Of a stretch of DNA of 64,000 bases, positions 7,163-16,684 are shown in pieces. The stretch covers positions 208 through 64,207 of the forward strand of contig JACQQS010000052.1 of assembly GCA_016206925.1 (NCBI GenBank). The letters run 5' to 3'. The DNA is from Candidatus Omnitrophota bacterium (GTDB lineage: Bacteria; Omnitrophota; Omnitrophia; Omnitrophales; JACQQS01). Position 1 is the first letter of the stretch; each line of letters begins with the position of its first letter. Under the pieces are notes generated by a model, which searched no databases, was not told the origin of the DNA, and was given only the letters and a program-made list of their open reading frames with translations. Both the position numbers and the translations under genes were made by a program.

Positions 7163-10100
7163 ATGACAAAAATGTATAAATTTCGGCCGCAGCAAACTGG
7201 TTTGTATGATCCACGCAATGAGCGCGATGCCTGTGGTGTCGGATTCATTGCGAACATGAAGGGTGTTAAATCGCATGACATCGTTCAAAAAGGCATTCGG
7301 ATTTTAGTTAACCTTGCCCATCGCGGTGCGTGCGGCTGTGATCCGCTTACCGGCGACGGCGCCGGGCTTTTGATTCAAATTCCCCATGAATTTTTTGCGA
7401 GGGAAACGGAAAAACTGGGATTTGGCCTGCCTAAACCCGGTCAATATGGCGTGGGCATGGTTTTTATGCCGCGCGATTTGGAAGAGCGAAACCAGTGCAA
7501 ACTTATTTTTGAAACGATTGCGCGCGAGGAAGGTTTGGCCGTTCTTGGCTGGCGCGACGCTCCCCGCGACAACACGCACATCGGCTGGGTTGCCCGCGAA
7601 GCGGAGCCGGTCATCCGGCAAATTTTTCTCGGTGCCGGTCCGGATATCAAAGATACGAACCAGCTCCAGCGGAAGCTTTACGTCGTTCGCAAGTGTGTTG
7701 AAAACGCCGTAAGGAAACAGGGTTTAAGGGAGGAGAAATTTTTTTACGTGCCCAGCCTTTCTGCGCGTACGGTTGTGTACAAAGGCCAGCTCATTGCCTG
7801 GCAGCTTGAGAAATATTTTCTTGATCTGCACGATAATTCAATGGTCAGCGCCTTGGCCATGGTGCATTCGCGTTACAGCACGAACACATTTCCTTCCTGG
7901 GATCTCGCACATCCGTATCGTTTTATCTGCCATAACGGCGAAATCAATACGCTCCGCGGCAATATCAACTGGATGCGTACGCGGCAGGCCTTGATGGCCA
8001 GCGAACTTTTCGGTAAGGACATGAAAAAACTTTTCCCGATCATCAATGAAAAAGGGAGCGACTCAGCCATTTTTGATAATGCTCTGGAACTTCTCGTCAT
8101 GGGCGGCAGGAGTCTAAGACACGCCATTATGATGATGATTCCTGAGGCCTGGACCGGTGATGAATTCATGAGCCGGGAGAAAAAGGATTTTTACGAGTAT
8201 CATTCCTGTTCGATGGAGCCCTGGGATGGGCCGGCATCCATTGCCTTTTCCGACGGGCGGGAAATCGGCGCCGTGCTCGATCGAAACGGATTGAGGCCTT
8301 CGCGCTATACCGTTACGAAAGACGGTTTTGTCATTATGGCATCCGAAACCGGAGTGCTCGATATCGATCCGGCCAATGTGCTGCATAAAGACAGGCTCAC
8401 ACCGGGAAGGATGTTTTTGGTTTCGCTCGAAGAAGGCCGCATTATCGCGGACGAAGAAATTAAGCACCAGCTGGCCGCGCGGAGGCCGTACGGAAAATGG
8501 CTTAAGGAAAACCTTGTCCATTTAGAGAATGTTCCCAACCCGCGTTTTGTGCACGGATTTGACAAGGAGTCGCTGAAGAAACGGCAAGCAGCATTTGGAT
8601 ACACGGTCGAAGATCTTCGAATCATTATTGCACCGATGGCCATCGGTGCCCAGGAGCCCGTCGGTTCGATGGGAAATGATACGCCGCTCGCCTGTTTGTC
8701 CGACAAGGCGCCGCTTCTTTTTAACTACTTTAAACAATTGTTCGCGCAGGTGACCAATCCGCCCATCGATCCGATCCGTGAAGAGCTGGTCATGTCGACG
8801 GAGCTGACCATCGGTCAGGAACAAAATCTTTTGGACGAAACGCCGGAGCATTGCCATCAGCTTAAGCTGAAGCATCCGGTGATCAGTAACGAAGAGCTTG
8901 AGAAGATTCGAAACGTCGCCGAGGGAAAACTTCAATCGGCAACCATTCCTATCCTTTTCAACGTGGACAGCGGCCCGGATGAGTTAGAGAGGGCCATGAA
9001 AAAACTTTGCGAAGCGGCCTCGAAAGCGGTTGAGGAGGGAAACACGATTCTCATACTTTCAGACCGCGGCGTGGATGAGAAACATGCGCCCATTCCGAGC
9101 CTTCTGGCCGTTGCCGGTGTTCATCATCACCTCATTCGAGAAGGTACGCGGTCAAAAGTGGGTATCGTTATTGAAACGGGAGAGGCAAGGGAGATGCATC
9201 ATTTTGCCTTGCTCATCGGTTACGGAGCCGGCGCCGTAAATCCGTATCTTTGTTTTGAAACCATCATCCATCTCGTCCGCCATCCCGAAGTGCCGGGCAT
9301 CATGCCGACGGATTTGGATGAAAAGGATGCGGTCAAAAATTTCATCAAGGCCACACGTAAAGGCCTGCTCAAAATTATTTCTAAAATGGGCATCTCGACA
9401 ATTCAAAGTTACCGCGGCGCCCAGATTTTCGAAGCCGTGGGATTAAATGATGAGGTGATCGGCCGCTATTTTACGCATACCGCTTCCCGGGTTGGAGGTG
9501 TGGGTCTGGATGTCATCGGCAAAGAGGCGCTTATCCGCCACGAGCGGGCTTTCCCGAAACGGGAAACAACGGATAAACTTGAATTGGACGTGGGCGGTCA
9601 ATATCAATGGCGGCAGCGCGGCGAGTACCACATGTGGAATCCTGCTACGATCGCTTTGTTTCAACACGCCGTTCGTTCAGGAAAATATGAGCTCTTCAAG
9701 AAATTTTCTGAAACGGCCAATAGCTATGACAAGAAATTTTGCACGTTGCGTGGCCTTTTGGAATTTAAGTGGGCGGAGAAACCCGTTCCGATCGAAGAAG
9801 TCGAGCCGGTTTCAGAAATTGTAAAGCGTTTCAACACGGGCGCGATGTCTTTCGGATCTATCAGCAAGGAAGCGCATGAAAATCTGGCCATTGCCATGAA
9901 CCGCTTGGGCGGAAAGAGCAATACGGGCGAAGGCGGCGAAGATCCGGCGCGCTACATTCCGGATGCAAACGGAGACCTCCGGCGAAGCCGCATTAAACAG
10001 GTGGCTTCCGGCCGGTTCGGAGTGGATAGTTATTACCTCGTCCATGCGGATGAGCTTCAAATCAAAATGGCCCAGGGCGCCAAGCCCGGTGAAGGCGGGC

Positions 10101-11743
10101 AACTGCCGGGACACAAGGTGAGCCAGGAAATCGGCCGTGTGCGTTACACGACGCCCGGCGTTCAACTGATTTCCCCCGCGCCTCATCATGATATTTATTC
10201 CATTGAGGATTTGGCCCAGCTCATTTTTGATTTGAAAAACGGCAACGACCAGGCCAACATCAATGTGAAACTGGTAGCTGAAGTCGGCGTCGGCACCATT
10301 GCAGCCGGTGTGTCCAAAGGCCACGCGGAACTGGTGCTCATCAGCGGTGATACAGGCGGAACAGGGGCGTCACCGCAGACATCGATAAAACATGCGGGAC
10401 TTCCGTGGGAACTCGGCGTTGCCGAAACGCATCAGACACTTGTTTTAAACGATCTGCGCGGAAGAATAATCGTTCAGACGGATGGACAGATTAAGACCGG
10501 CCGCGATGTTGCCATGGCCGTGCTTCTCGGCGCAGAACAATGGGGTGTGGCCACCGGTTCGCTGATTGCTTCGGGTTGTATCATGATGCGCAAATGCCAT
10601 CTGAATACCTGTCCGGTCGGCGTTGCCACGCAGGATCCGGAGCTCAGAAAAAAGTTTTCGGGCAAACCCGATTACGTGGTTAATTTATTTTTCTTTATCG
10701 CTGAAGAACTTCGCGAAATCATGGCCAGGCTCGGTTTTCGCACCGTGAACGAAATGATCGGGCGCGTGGACAAGCTGGAAGTGAAAAAAGCGATCGATCA
10801 TTGGAAAGCCAAAGGACTTGATTTCAGCAAGATTTTGCATAAGCCCGATGTGCCGCCGCATATTGCCACGCACTGCGTCCAGAAGCAGGACCATGGCTTG
10901 TCGAAGGCGATCGACCACGAATTGGTTAAGGATTGCGCGAAGGCCATCGAGCGGAAGGAAAAGGTTCGTTTTGAACGTCCCATTCGAAACGCTAACCGCG
11001 CCGTGGGCGCCATTCTTTCAAGCCGGATTTCCCGCAAATATGGTTACGAAGGATTGCCGCAGGATACGATTCATATCAAATTCTCCGGCTCGGCGGGGCA
11101 GAGTTTTGGCTGCTGGCTTGCGCCGGGCATCACGCTTGAGCTGGAAGGCGATGCGAACGATTATTTGGGCAAAGGCCTCTCCGGCGGGAAACTCATCGCG
11201 TATCCGCCCAGGAATGCAAGTTATGTCCCCGAAGAAAATATCATCATCGGAAATGTTTGCTTCTATGGCGCCACGCGCGGCGAGGCTTACATACGGGGCA
11301 TGGCCGGCGAGCGGTTTTGTGTGCGTAATAGCGGCGTGCATGCCGTTGTCGAAGCGGTCGGCGATCATGGCTGCGAATACATGACGGGCGGATACGTTGT
11401 CGTGCTCGGGCCCACGGGACGGAATTTTGCGGCGGGCATGAGCGGTGGTATCGCGTACGTTCTTGATGAGAAAGGGAATTTCCCGAAGCTTTGCAATCAG
11501 GCCATGGTTGATCTGGAGAAGCCTGATGAAAAGGATATCGAGCGTATTGCCGGAATGATCGGGAAGCACATCGAATACACGCAAAGCAAGCTGGCTGCTG
11601 AAATTTTAAAACGCTGGGGCGATCTTGCGTCGAAATTTGTGAAAGTTTATCCGAAAGATTACAAGAGAGCGCTTACGGATCGCGCTAAGCAGGACGGTGA
11701 AGTTCAGCTGGCCAGCGCCGCCGTATTATCGAAAAGTGCATAA
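7163..11743 (+). CDS. gltB: glutamate synthase large subunit
   Basis: 1526 aa. Ntn-amidotransferase catalytic Cys context ([10 protein letters not shown]). FMN/Fe-S central domain (GEGGEDP..., [16 protein letters not shown]). GXGXG C-terminal domain. Confidence 0.95.
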   Translation: MTKMYKFRPQQTGLYDPRNERDACGVGFIANMKGVKSHDIVQKGIRILVNLAHRGACGCDPLTGDGAGLLIQIPHEFFARETEKLGFGLPKPGQYGVGMVFMPRDLEERNQCKLIFETIAREEGLAVLGWRDAPRDNTHIGWVAREAEPVIRQIFLGAGPDIKDTNQLQRKLYVVRKCVENAVRKQGLREEKFFYVPSLSARTVVYKGQLIAWQLEKYFLDLHDNSMVSALAMVHSRYSTNTFPSWDLAHPYRFICHNGEINTLRGNINWMRTRQALMASELFGKDMKKLFPIINEKGSDSAIFDNALELLVMGGRSLRHAIMMMIPEAWTGDEFMSREKKDFYEYHSCSMEPWDGPASIAFSDGREIGAVLDRNGLRPSRYTVTKDGFVIMASETGVLDIDPANVLHKDRLTPGRMFLVSLEEGRIIADEEIKHQLAARRPYGKWLKENLVHLENVPNPRFVHGFDKESLKKRQAAFGYTVEDLRIIIAPMAIGAQEPVGSMGNDTPLACLSDKAPLLFNYFKQLFAQVTNPPIDPIREELVMSTELTIGQEQNLLDETPEHCHQLKLKHPVISNEELEKIRNVAEGKLQSATIPILFNVDSGPDELERAMKKLCEAASKAVEEGNTILILSDRGVDEKHAPIPSLLAVAGVHHHLIREGTRSKVGIVIETGEAREMHHFALLIGYGAGAVNPYLCFETIIHLVRHPEVPGIMPTDLDEKDAVKNFIKATRKGLLKIISKMGISTIQSYRGAQIFEAVGLNDEVIGRYFTHTASRVGGVGLDVIGKEALIRHERAFPKRETTDKLELDVGGQYQWRQRGEYHMWNPATIALFQHAVRSGKYELFKKFSETANSYDKKFCTLRGLLEFKWAEKPVPIEEVEPVSEIVKRFNTGAMSFGSISKEAHENLAIAMNRLGGKSNTGEGGEDPARYIPDANGDLRRSRIKQVASGRFGVDSYYLVHADELQIKMAQGAKPGEGGQLPGHKVSQEIGRVRYTTPGVQLISPAPHHDIYSIEDLAQLIFDLKNGNDQANINVKLVAEVGVGTIAAGVSKGHAELVLISGDTGGTGASPQTSIKHAGLPWELGVAETHQTLVLNDLRGRIIVQTDGQIKTGRDVAMAVLLGAEQWGVATGSLIASGCIMMRKCHLNTCPVGVATQDPELRKKFSGKPDYVVNLFFFIAEELREIMARLGFRTVNEMIGRVDKLEVKKAIDHWKAKGLDFSKILHKPDVPPHIATHCVQKQDHGLSKAIDHELVKDCAKAIERKEKVRFERPIRNANRAVGAILSSRISRKYGYEGLPQDTIHIKFSGSAGQSFGCWLAPGITLELEGDANDYLGKGLSGGKLIAYPPRNASYVPEENIIIGNVCFYGATRGEAYIRGMAGERFCVRNSGVHAVVEAVGDHGCEYMTGGYVVVLGPTGRNFAAGMSGGIAYVLDEKGNFPKLCNQAMVDLEKPDEKDIERIAGMIGKHIEYTQSKLAAEILKRWGDLASKFVKVYPKDYKRALTDRAKQDGEVQLASAAVLSKSA

Positions 11744-11757
11744 GTATTCAAATGGAA

Positions 11758-11827
11758 AAATTCCAAATCCTAAGCACCAAATTCTAAACAAAATGCAAAA
11801 TCAGAAAATTCTAAACAATGAAATCAT
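11758..11827. repeat. cassette B left arm: about 10 A-rich heptads (AAATTCC AAATCCT AAGCACC AAATTCT ...)
   Basis: The 7-nt register was read directly. 11765-11773 AAATCCTAA is complementary to 12317-12325. The arm contains the ATG (11793) of the cargo gene. Confidence 0.65.
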
Positions 11828-12206
11828 ACCAGAGAAACTTTCAAGAGAGGTTCGTAAACAGGCCAAATACGACTTGGAAGACAGAACCCTTGCTTTTGCC
11901 GGCAAAGTCAGAGAATTTATAAAAATATTGCCAAGATCGACAGCTAATCTGGAAGACACTAGACAATTGATACGGTCTTCGGGTTCCGTTGGGGCGAACT
12001 ATATCGAGGCAAATGAATCACTCAGTAAAAAGGATTTTGTGCTACGCATTAAGATTTGTAAGAAAGAAGCAAAAGAAAGTCGATATTGGTTACGTCTCTT
12101 GGAAATGGATGGAAGATCAGAGGTAACCCGGTTTCGCGAAGACCTCATCGATGAAGTTACGCAACTAACGCGGATCTTTGCTTCGATTTTGACCAAGTGC
12201 GAGTGA
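11793..12206 (+). CDS. four-helix-bundle protein (23S rRNA intervening-sequence protein / Avd-like family)
   Basis: 137 aa from the internal ATG of track ORF 11697-12206. Motifs DLEDRTLAFAGKVREFIKILP, IRSSGSVGANYIEANESLSKKDFVLRIKICKKEAKESRYWLRLL. It looks AT-richer than its neighbours. Confidence 0.8.
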   Translation: MQNQKILNNEIIPEKLSREVRKQAKYDLEDRTLAFAGKVREFIKILPRSTANLEDTRQLIRSSGSVGANYIEANESLSKKDFVLRIKICKKEAKESRYWLRLLEMDGRSEVTRFREDLIDEVTQLTRIFASILTKCE

Positions 12207-12253
12207 GTTGAGCACGCTTTTATTTTCCGTGTTTAGTACGGATTTTGGTTCGA

Positions 12254-12337
12254 GTTTATTTGCGGTTGTGTATTCTTAAAGTTTATTTCGTTTGTTTGTG
12301 ATTTGGAATTTGGAATTTAGGATTTTGTGAGGGTTAG
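12254..12337. repeat. cassette B right arm: about 12 T/G-rich heptads including TTGGAAT TTGGAAT TTAGGAT
   Basis: The 7-nt register was read directly. It is complementary to the left arm, giving about 35 bp of imperfect duplex if G-U pairs are allowed. It ends 3 nt before the gltD ATG. Confidence 0.65.
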
Positions 12338-12340
12338 GTT

Positions 12341-13792
12341 ATGGGTGACGTGCAAGGGTTCATGAAATATAAGCGCGAGGATATCGAGGACCGCCCCGTC
12401 GAGGAGCGGTTAAAAGACTACCAGGATGTCCATATTCCGCTTCCGGAGGACAAGCTCAAGATCCAAGCCGCGCGCTGCATGGACTGCGGAACGCCCTTCT
12501 GTCACACCGGCTTCTCGGGCTGTCCGATTAATAACATCATTCCTGACTGGAACGATTTGGTTTACCGCAACCGCTGGCAGGAAGCCATCGAAGTGCTCCA
12601 CTCCACCAATAATTTTCCCGAATTTACCGGGCAGGTTTGCCCGGCGCCCTGTGAAGGCGCTTGCGTGCTTGGCATTAACGAACCGCCGGTTACGATTAAA
12701 AATATCGAACATGCCATTATTGAGCATGCTTTCCGCGAAGGCTGGGTAAAACCCGAACCGCCCAAAACGGAGACCGGGAAAAAAGTTGCGGTTATCGGTT
12801 CGGGCCCTGCGGGACTTGCTTGCGCTCAACAGCTCCGGCGCGCAGGGCATCAAGTCACCGTTTACGAGAAGGACGACCGGATCGGCGGGCTTTTAATGTA
12901 CGGCATTCCGGATTTTAAATTGGAGAAAGAAGTCGTCGAACGCCGCGTTGCGCAGATGGCCGAAGAGGGTGTAAAGTTTGTTACTAATGCGCACGTCGGA
13001 GTGAATGCGGATGTTTCCGGGCTCAGGAAAAATTTTGACGCCCTATGCCTTGCCGGCGGAGCCCAGCAGCCCCGCGATCTTCCGATTGAGGGCCGCGATT
13101 TAAAGGGTATCCACTTTGCGATGGAATTTCTGCCCCAGCAGAACCGCCGTGTCGCCGGCGAAAAGGTCGCTCCCGATAGAAGCATTACCGCGAAGGACAA
13201 GCGCGTTATCATTATTGGCGGCGGCGATACGGGCTCGGACTGTATCGGCACGTCGCTCCGCCACGGATGCAAATCGCTGACTTCTTTTGAACTGCTTCCT
13301 AAACCGCCGGATGACCGCGCACCGGAAAATCCCTGGCCGCTTTGGCCGCAGATTTTCCGTGTCTCCTCCTCACATGCGGAAGGCGGCAAGCGCGAGTTTT
13401 CGGTTTTAACCAAGCGCTTTATCGGTGAAAACGGCCATGTCAAGAAACTCCAGGCCTGCCATGCCGAATTTGTCCCTTCGAGTAACGGCACCGGCCGCTC
13501 CGAAATGCGTGAGATTCCGGGTTCCCAATTTGAAATTCCCGCCGATCTGGTACTTCTCGCAATGGGGTTTCTCGGCCCGGTTAAAAAAGGCATGATTGAA
13601 CAGCTTGGCGTTGAGCTCGACAGCCGAGGAAATGTGAAAGCCGATGAAAATAAAATGACCAGCGTTCCCGGCGTATTCACCGCAGGCGACATGACCCGTG
13701 GCCAATCCCTTGTGGTCTGGGCCATCCATGAAGGCCGCGCCGCTGCGCGCGGTATCGACAAATTCCTCATGGGTTCCACCGTCTTACCCTAG
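12341..13792 (+). CDS. gltD: glutamate synthase small subunit (NADPH)
   Basis: 483 aa. Fe-S Cys clusters (CMDCGTPFC, CPAPCEGAC) and two dinucleotide folds (VAVIGSGPAGLACA, VIIIGGGDTGSDC). Confidence 0.95.
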   Translation: MGDVQGFMKYKREDIEDRPVEERLKDYQDVHIPLPEDKLKIQAARCMDCGTPFCHTGFSGCPINNIIPDWNDLVYRNRWQEAIEVLHSTNNFPEFTGQVCPAPCEGACVLGINEPPVTIKNIEHAIIEHAFREGWVKPEPPKTETGKKVAVIGSGPAGLACAQQLRRAGHQVTVYEKDDRIGGLLMYGIPDFKLEKEVVERRVAQMAEEGVKFVTNAHVGVNADVSGLRKNFDALCLAGGAQQPRDLPIEGRDLKGIHFAMEFLPQQNRRVAGEKVAPDRSITAKDKRVIIIGGGDTGSDCIGTSLRHGCKSLTSFELLPKPPDDRAPENPWPLWPQIFRVSSSHAEGGKREFSVLTKRFIGENGHVKKLQACHAEFVPSSNGTGRSEMREIPGSQFEIPADLVLLAMGFLGPVKKGMIEQLGVELDSRGNVKADENKMTSVPGVFTAGDMTRGQSLVVWAIHEGRAAARGIDKFLMGSTVLP

Positions 13793-13976
13793 ATGAAAAA
13801 GCGGGACGATTACCCCATTGTTTACACTTTAGAAGCTATAAAAAAATACAGGCGTCTTTCGGCTAAACAAAAAACTGGAATAGCTTGAAACCGAAGCTGT
13901 TAAACGCTTTTCCGATCTTGCTCTTACACCCGAGCGAAAGAAAATCCGTGAAAAATTCCGCCGCGGCGAAATTTAG
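13793..13976 (+). pseudogene. decayed small ORF (about 60 codons) with one frameshift and one in-frame TAG
   Basis: Frame 1 reads MKKRDDYPIVYTLEAIKKYRRLSAKQK. The reading then continues in another frame as LE*LETEAVKRFSDLALTPERKKIREKFRRGEI*. The TAG sits where a TGG (LEWLE) would fit. Confidence 0.35.
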
Positions 13977-13988
13977 CCCGGACAATTA

Positions 13989-14480
13989 ATGAAACGAATC
14001 TATTCACTAGAACCAATCATTGATTTACGTTCGAAAGTTCTAATACTTGGTTCTATGCCGAGTGGGCAGTCTCTACAGAAATCGGAATATTATGGAAATT
14101 CCAGAAACCAATTCTGGAAAATTATTTGTTCTATCTTTGACGAAGCATTCCCGAGTTGTTATGAAGATAAGGTTAAATTGTTGGCCAAAAATCGCGTAGC
14201 ATTGTGGGATGTATTAAAGGAATGTGACCGTATTAAGTCGAGTGATGCTACGATTGGAAACGGCGCTTTTAACGATATTCCCACATTACTTAATAAGTAT
14301 CCACAAGTTACTCGTATTGTATTAAATGGCAAAAAAGCCAAAGCTTGTTTCGAAAATATCTTTGGAGCGGTTATGAAAATTCCTTATGTTTATGTTCCTT
14401 CAAGCAGCTCAGCCAATGCGAGAATATCCTTACACGAAAAGATTTGCAAATGGAAAAGAGCTATCCGTTGGGTCTCTTAA
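13989..14480 (+). CDS. DNA-deoxyinosine (hypoxanthine) glycosylase, UDG superfamily family-6-like
   Basis: 163 aa. The motif VLILGSMPSGQSLQKSEYYGNSRNQFWKII matches the family signature as remembered. The gene is visibly AT-rich. Confidence 0.6.
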   Translation: MKRIYSLEPIIDLRSKVLILGSMPSGQSLQKSEYYGNSRNQFWKIICSIFDEAFPSCYEDKVKLLAKNRVALWDVLKECDRIKSSDATIGNGAFNDIPTLLNKYPQVTRIVLNGKKAKACFENIFGAVMKIPYVYVPSSSSANARISLHEKICKWKRAIRWVS

Positions 14481-14514
14481 ATGAGACCATTAACTGAGCG
14501 TGGCCCCAAAACCA

Positions 14515-14536
14515 ATTTCTGCCGGCCGGCAGAAAT
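14515..14536. repeat. perfect 22-nt palindrome ATTTCTGCCGGCCGGCAGAAAT downstream of the glycosylase gene (possible hairpin/terminator)
   Basis: Read directly. No U-tract follows, so a terminator role is uncertain. Confidence 0.35.
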
Positions 14537-14613
14537 TGCCTGAAGAAGGCCGTAAAACCTGTAAAAATTTCATGAAAAACGCCCATACCGGCGTTGCAAT
14601 CATAGTATTTTTA

Positions 14614-14629
14614 TACTACACTTGTAGTA
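14614..14629. promoter_or_regulatory. candidate operator: TACTACA-CT-TGTAGTA palindrome upstream of the wHTH-MNT gene
   Basis: Perfect 7-bp arms sit 5 nt upstream of the ATG. A third half-site, GACTACA, overlaps the start codon (14636-14642). The downstream protein has an N-terminal winged-helix domain. Confidence 0.4.
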
Positions 14630-14633
14630 CATT

Positions 14634-15224
14634 ATGACTACAATGCCGTTTTACCCCTTCCACTTGACCAAGTCTCCCCTTAGGAAAAGGCTCTTGGCAT
14701 ACTTTTTCACGAATCCCGAGGCGCGTCTTTACTTAAGAGAAATCGCCGTCCAGCTTGACGTGGACCCCACCAACCTATCCCGTGAATTAAGAAAGCTTGA
14801 GCAAGAAGGTGTGTTTGTTTCGGAGAGAAACGGCCTTCAAAAGTATTTCTCACTCAATAAAAATTATGCGCTCTACGAAGAACTTCGATCAATGGTATTT
14901 AAAACAGTAGGTGTTCAAGGCGCCCTTACACGTCTTTTGCGGGACATTCAAGGAATTCATCGCGCTTTTATTTATGGATCATTTGCGAAAAACAGTGAGC
15001 GGGCGGGATCGGATGTCGACCTTTGTCTTATTATCGATAAGAAATATTTTAGAGAAGACCACCTCCTTGAGAAACTGCATAAGCTTGAACAGAAACTCGG
15101 CCGCGAGATCAACTATTCATTTTTTTCGGTGCAAGAGTGGGAATCAAAAATACGTTCTAAAGATAGTTTTGTTCTGGGACTCATGAAGGGCAAACGTATC
15201 GAGCTTATCCATGAAAAAGATTGA
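14634..15224 (+). CDS. winged-helix plus minimal nucleotidyltransferase (MNT) protein, antitoxin-type partner of HEPN
   Basis: 196 aa. ArsR-like wHTH (LREIAVQLDVDPTNLSRELRKLEQEGV) and NTase motif IYGSFAKNSERAGSDVDLCLI. It overlaps the HEPN ORF by 14 nt. Confidence 0.75.
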   Translation: MTTMPFYPFHLTKSPLRKRLLAYFFTNPEARLYLREIAVQLDVDPTNLSRELRKLEQEGVFVSERNGLQKYFSLNKNYALYEELRSMVFKTVGVQGALTRLLRDIQGIHRAFIYGSFAKNSERAGSDVDLCLIIDKKYFREDHLLEKLHKLEQKLGREINYSFFSVQEWESKIRSKDSFVLGLMKGKRIELIHEKD

Positions 15225-15674
15225 TTTAAGCGACCTTATCCGTGAAGGGCAAATTCAAGAAGAGCCCAGCATCGGTTGGGATCAGGTAGAACAGCTGATC
15301 AGGCGGGCATTTGAAGATCTCAAATCAGCGGATAGAAATATGCCGTTTGACGAACCCGGAGCCATGGATTTCATTTACAAAGCGATGTTTCATGCAGCGA
15401 ACGCTTTGCTCCGCTCCTACGGATTTAGACCCGGCGCTACGCGACAACATCAGGGCGTGATTACCGCCGTCAGCGGATTTTAGGACCGGAGTACAAGGCT
15501 CTAATCCTTAAGTTTGACAAATTGCGCAAGCGACGAAATCAGTTCGAATATCAGGGAATTTTTGAAATGGGCCGGGAAGAATTACAGGATTCGATCGAAC
15601 AAGCCAAGAAGCTTGTCGTTGCCATTCGCTCAGCCCTTGAAAAATCCAATCCCCAGAAGCATTTTGACTGGTAG
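15211..15674 (+). pseudogene. HEPN-domain gene interrupted by a frameshift
   Basis: Frame 1 (15211-15483) ends ...YKAMFHAANALLRSYGFRPGATRQHQGVITAVSGF*. Frame 3 (open from 15429) continues RILGPEYKALILKFDKLRKRRNQFEYQG...HFDW* to 15674. Together they form one HEPN domain. Confidence 0.6.
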
Positions 15675-15733
15675 AAAAAACTAAATGGGTCAATCTCAGA
15701 ACAGGCAATAATTGCAAAGAAAAGGAGATGGCG

Positions 15734-15970
15734 TGTGACAAAGCCCTTAAATGAATTTGGCGGCTGGCTTCGCTTCTTTCAAATCCTGTGTTAATATTTG
15801 GTTTTCTCAGTAATACAACTCGTGCCTGGCTCCGGCATATGAGCTATTGGAGAGAAAGCGTTAACGCGATTAGGCATGCTGTTATCATCGGTGTGTGGAT
15901 TCCCTATTTCATGTGTTCTAAGCGAGTGAAGGCGTATTACGGAGCAAACGCGACCAAGCTTTCCTTGTAG
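15734..15970 (+). pseudogene. possible remnant of a DUF2569-type membrane protein gene (N- and C-terminal fragments only)
   Basis: GTG at 15734 (SD AAAGGAG) gives VTKPLNEFGGWLRFFQILC*. ORF 15788-15970 ends ...VIIGVWIPYFMCSKRVKAYYG. Both resemble the termini of that family, and the middle is missing. Confidence 0.3.
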
Positions 15971-16009
15971 AGTCGTTGAAATGTTTTTAGCAGATGTATC
16001 GAATGACGC

Positions 16010-16240
16010 TTAAAGTTGATTGAGGATATCGAGATATTCCTGGTTAGAAATGCCGAGCGTTCTTAAGTTGCTCTTTATTTCAAAGACAGGAAGATCTTTC
16101 TTCGCACGAACAATCACGGGACGAATGAGATCGTTCCTGTCCCACACCCGATGATCTCCATGCTGCCGAACTGGATGGCAGCCCACGTACTCCAGAAATT
16201 TCTCGAAGGTTTTGTAGTGAATCGGTCGAAGGCCAGCCAC
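16010..16240 (-). CDS. hicA: HicA-family (YcfA-like) toxin
   Basis: 76 aa. FEKFLEYVGCHPVRQHGDHRVWDR fits the HicA dsRBD-like fold motif. It starts 2 nt after the hicB stop. Confidence 0.75.
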   Translation of the reverse strand: MAGLRPIHYKTFEKFLEYVGCHPVRQHGDHRVWDRNDLIRPVIVRAKKDLPVFEIKSNLRTLGISNQEYLDILNQL

Positions 16241-16242
16241 GA

Positions 16243-16536
16243 TTAGGCAGGAGCAGGTATTTCTACAGATTTACTCTGTTGATTAATGATGCGGGGAGGA
16301 CTCCATTCATTTCGAACTTTTTGCCAGCCGTACTCTTGAAGAACCTTTCCCCACGTCTTCTTGCGGCTGACTTCCTCGATAAAAAGTTTTAAAGTGACAG
16401 CAAAGGATTTTTCTGCGTCTTCGAATGAATCGCCATGTGCTACAAGATCAAATGCAGGGGAATAGCAAATGAAGGCATCTCCCTCTTTCATATATATTAG
16501 AGGAATGTTAACTTTGACTTTTGAGTGGTTGCCCAT
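16243..16536 (-). CDS. hicB: HicB-family (UPF0150) antitoxin, N-terminal domain type
   Basis: 97 aa. IPLIYMKEGDAFICYSPAFDLVAHGDSFEDAEKSFAVTLKLFIEE. SD GGAGA upstream. Confidence 0.7.
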   Translation of the reverse strand: MGNHSKVKVNIPLIYMKEGDAFICYSPAFDLVAHGDSFEDAEKSFAVTLKLFIEEVSRKKTWGKVLQEYGWQKVRNEWSPPRIINQQSKSVEIPAPA

Positions 16537-16684
16537 ACTTTATTTCTCCATCGGGAACAAGTATATCACATTTCGAAAAGCCAGATCGCTAATTCTATTA
16601 TTTTAAGTGGTTACGCGACTGGAGTTACCGCCTCATGATTTCGGCGTTGTGTTGATTTTGCCGAGATCGAGTCTTCTTTCAAAG

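Noticed and set aside
11793-12206. Possibility that the Avd-like four-helix-bundle gene marks a diversity-generating retroelement.
   Set aside because: There is no reverse transcriptase ORF and no template/variable repeat pair nearby. The flanking genes are gltB and gltD.
12862-13779. Long antisense ORFs in the track that lie inside well-supported genes: 12862-13779 (305 aa, inside gltD), 37408-38145 (ilvB), 38926-39756 (ilvC), 32445-33065, 55320-55883, 17695-18300, 35662-36267, and many shorter ones.
   Set aside because: They fully overlap genes that have clear family motifs on the other strand or frame. Their translations are low-complexity or Arg/Pro/Ser-rich, and none shows a recognisable motif. 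They are treated as shadow ORFs.
15508-15741. 77-aa minus-strand ORF downstream of the MNT gene.
   Set aside because: It overlaps the frame-3 continuation of the HEPN domain on the + strand, which has clear family similarity.
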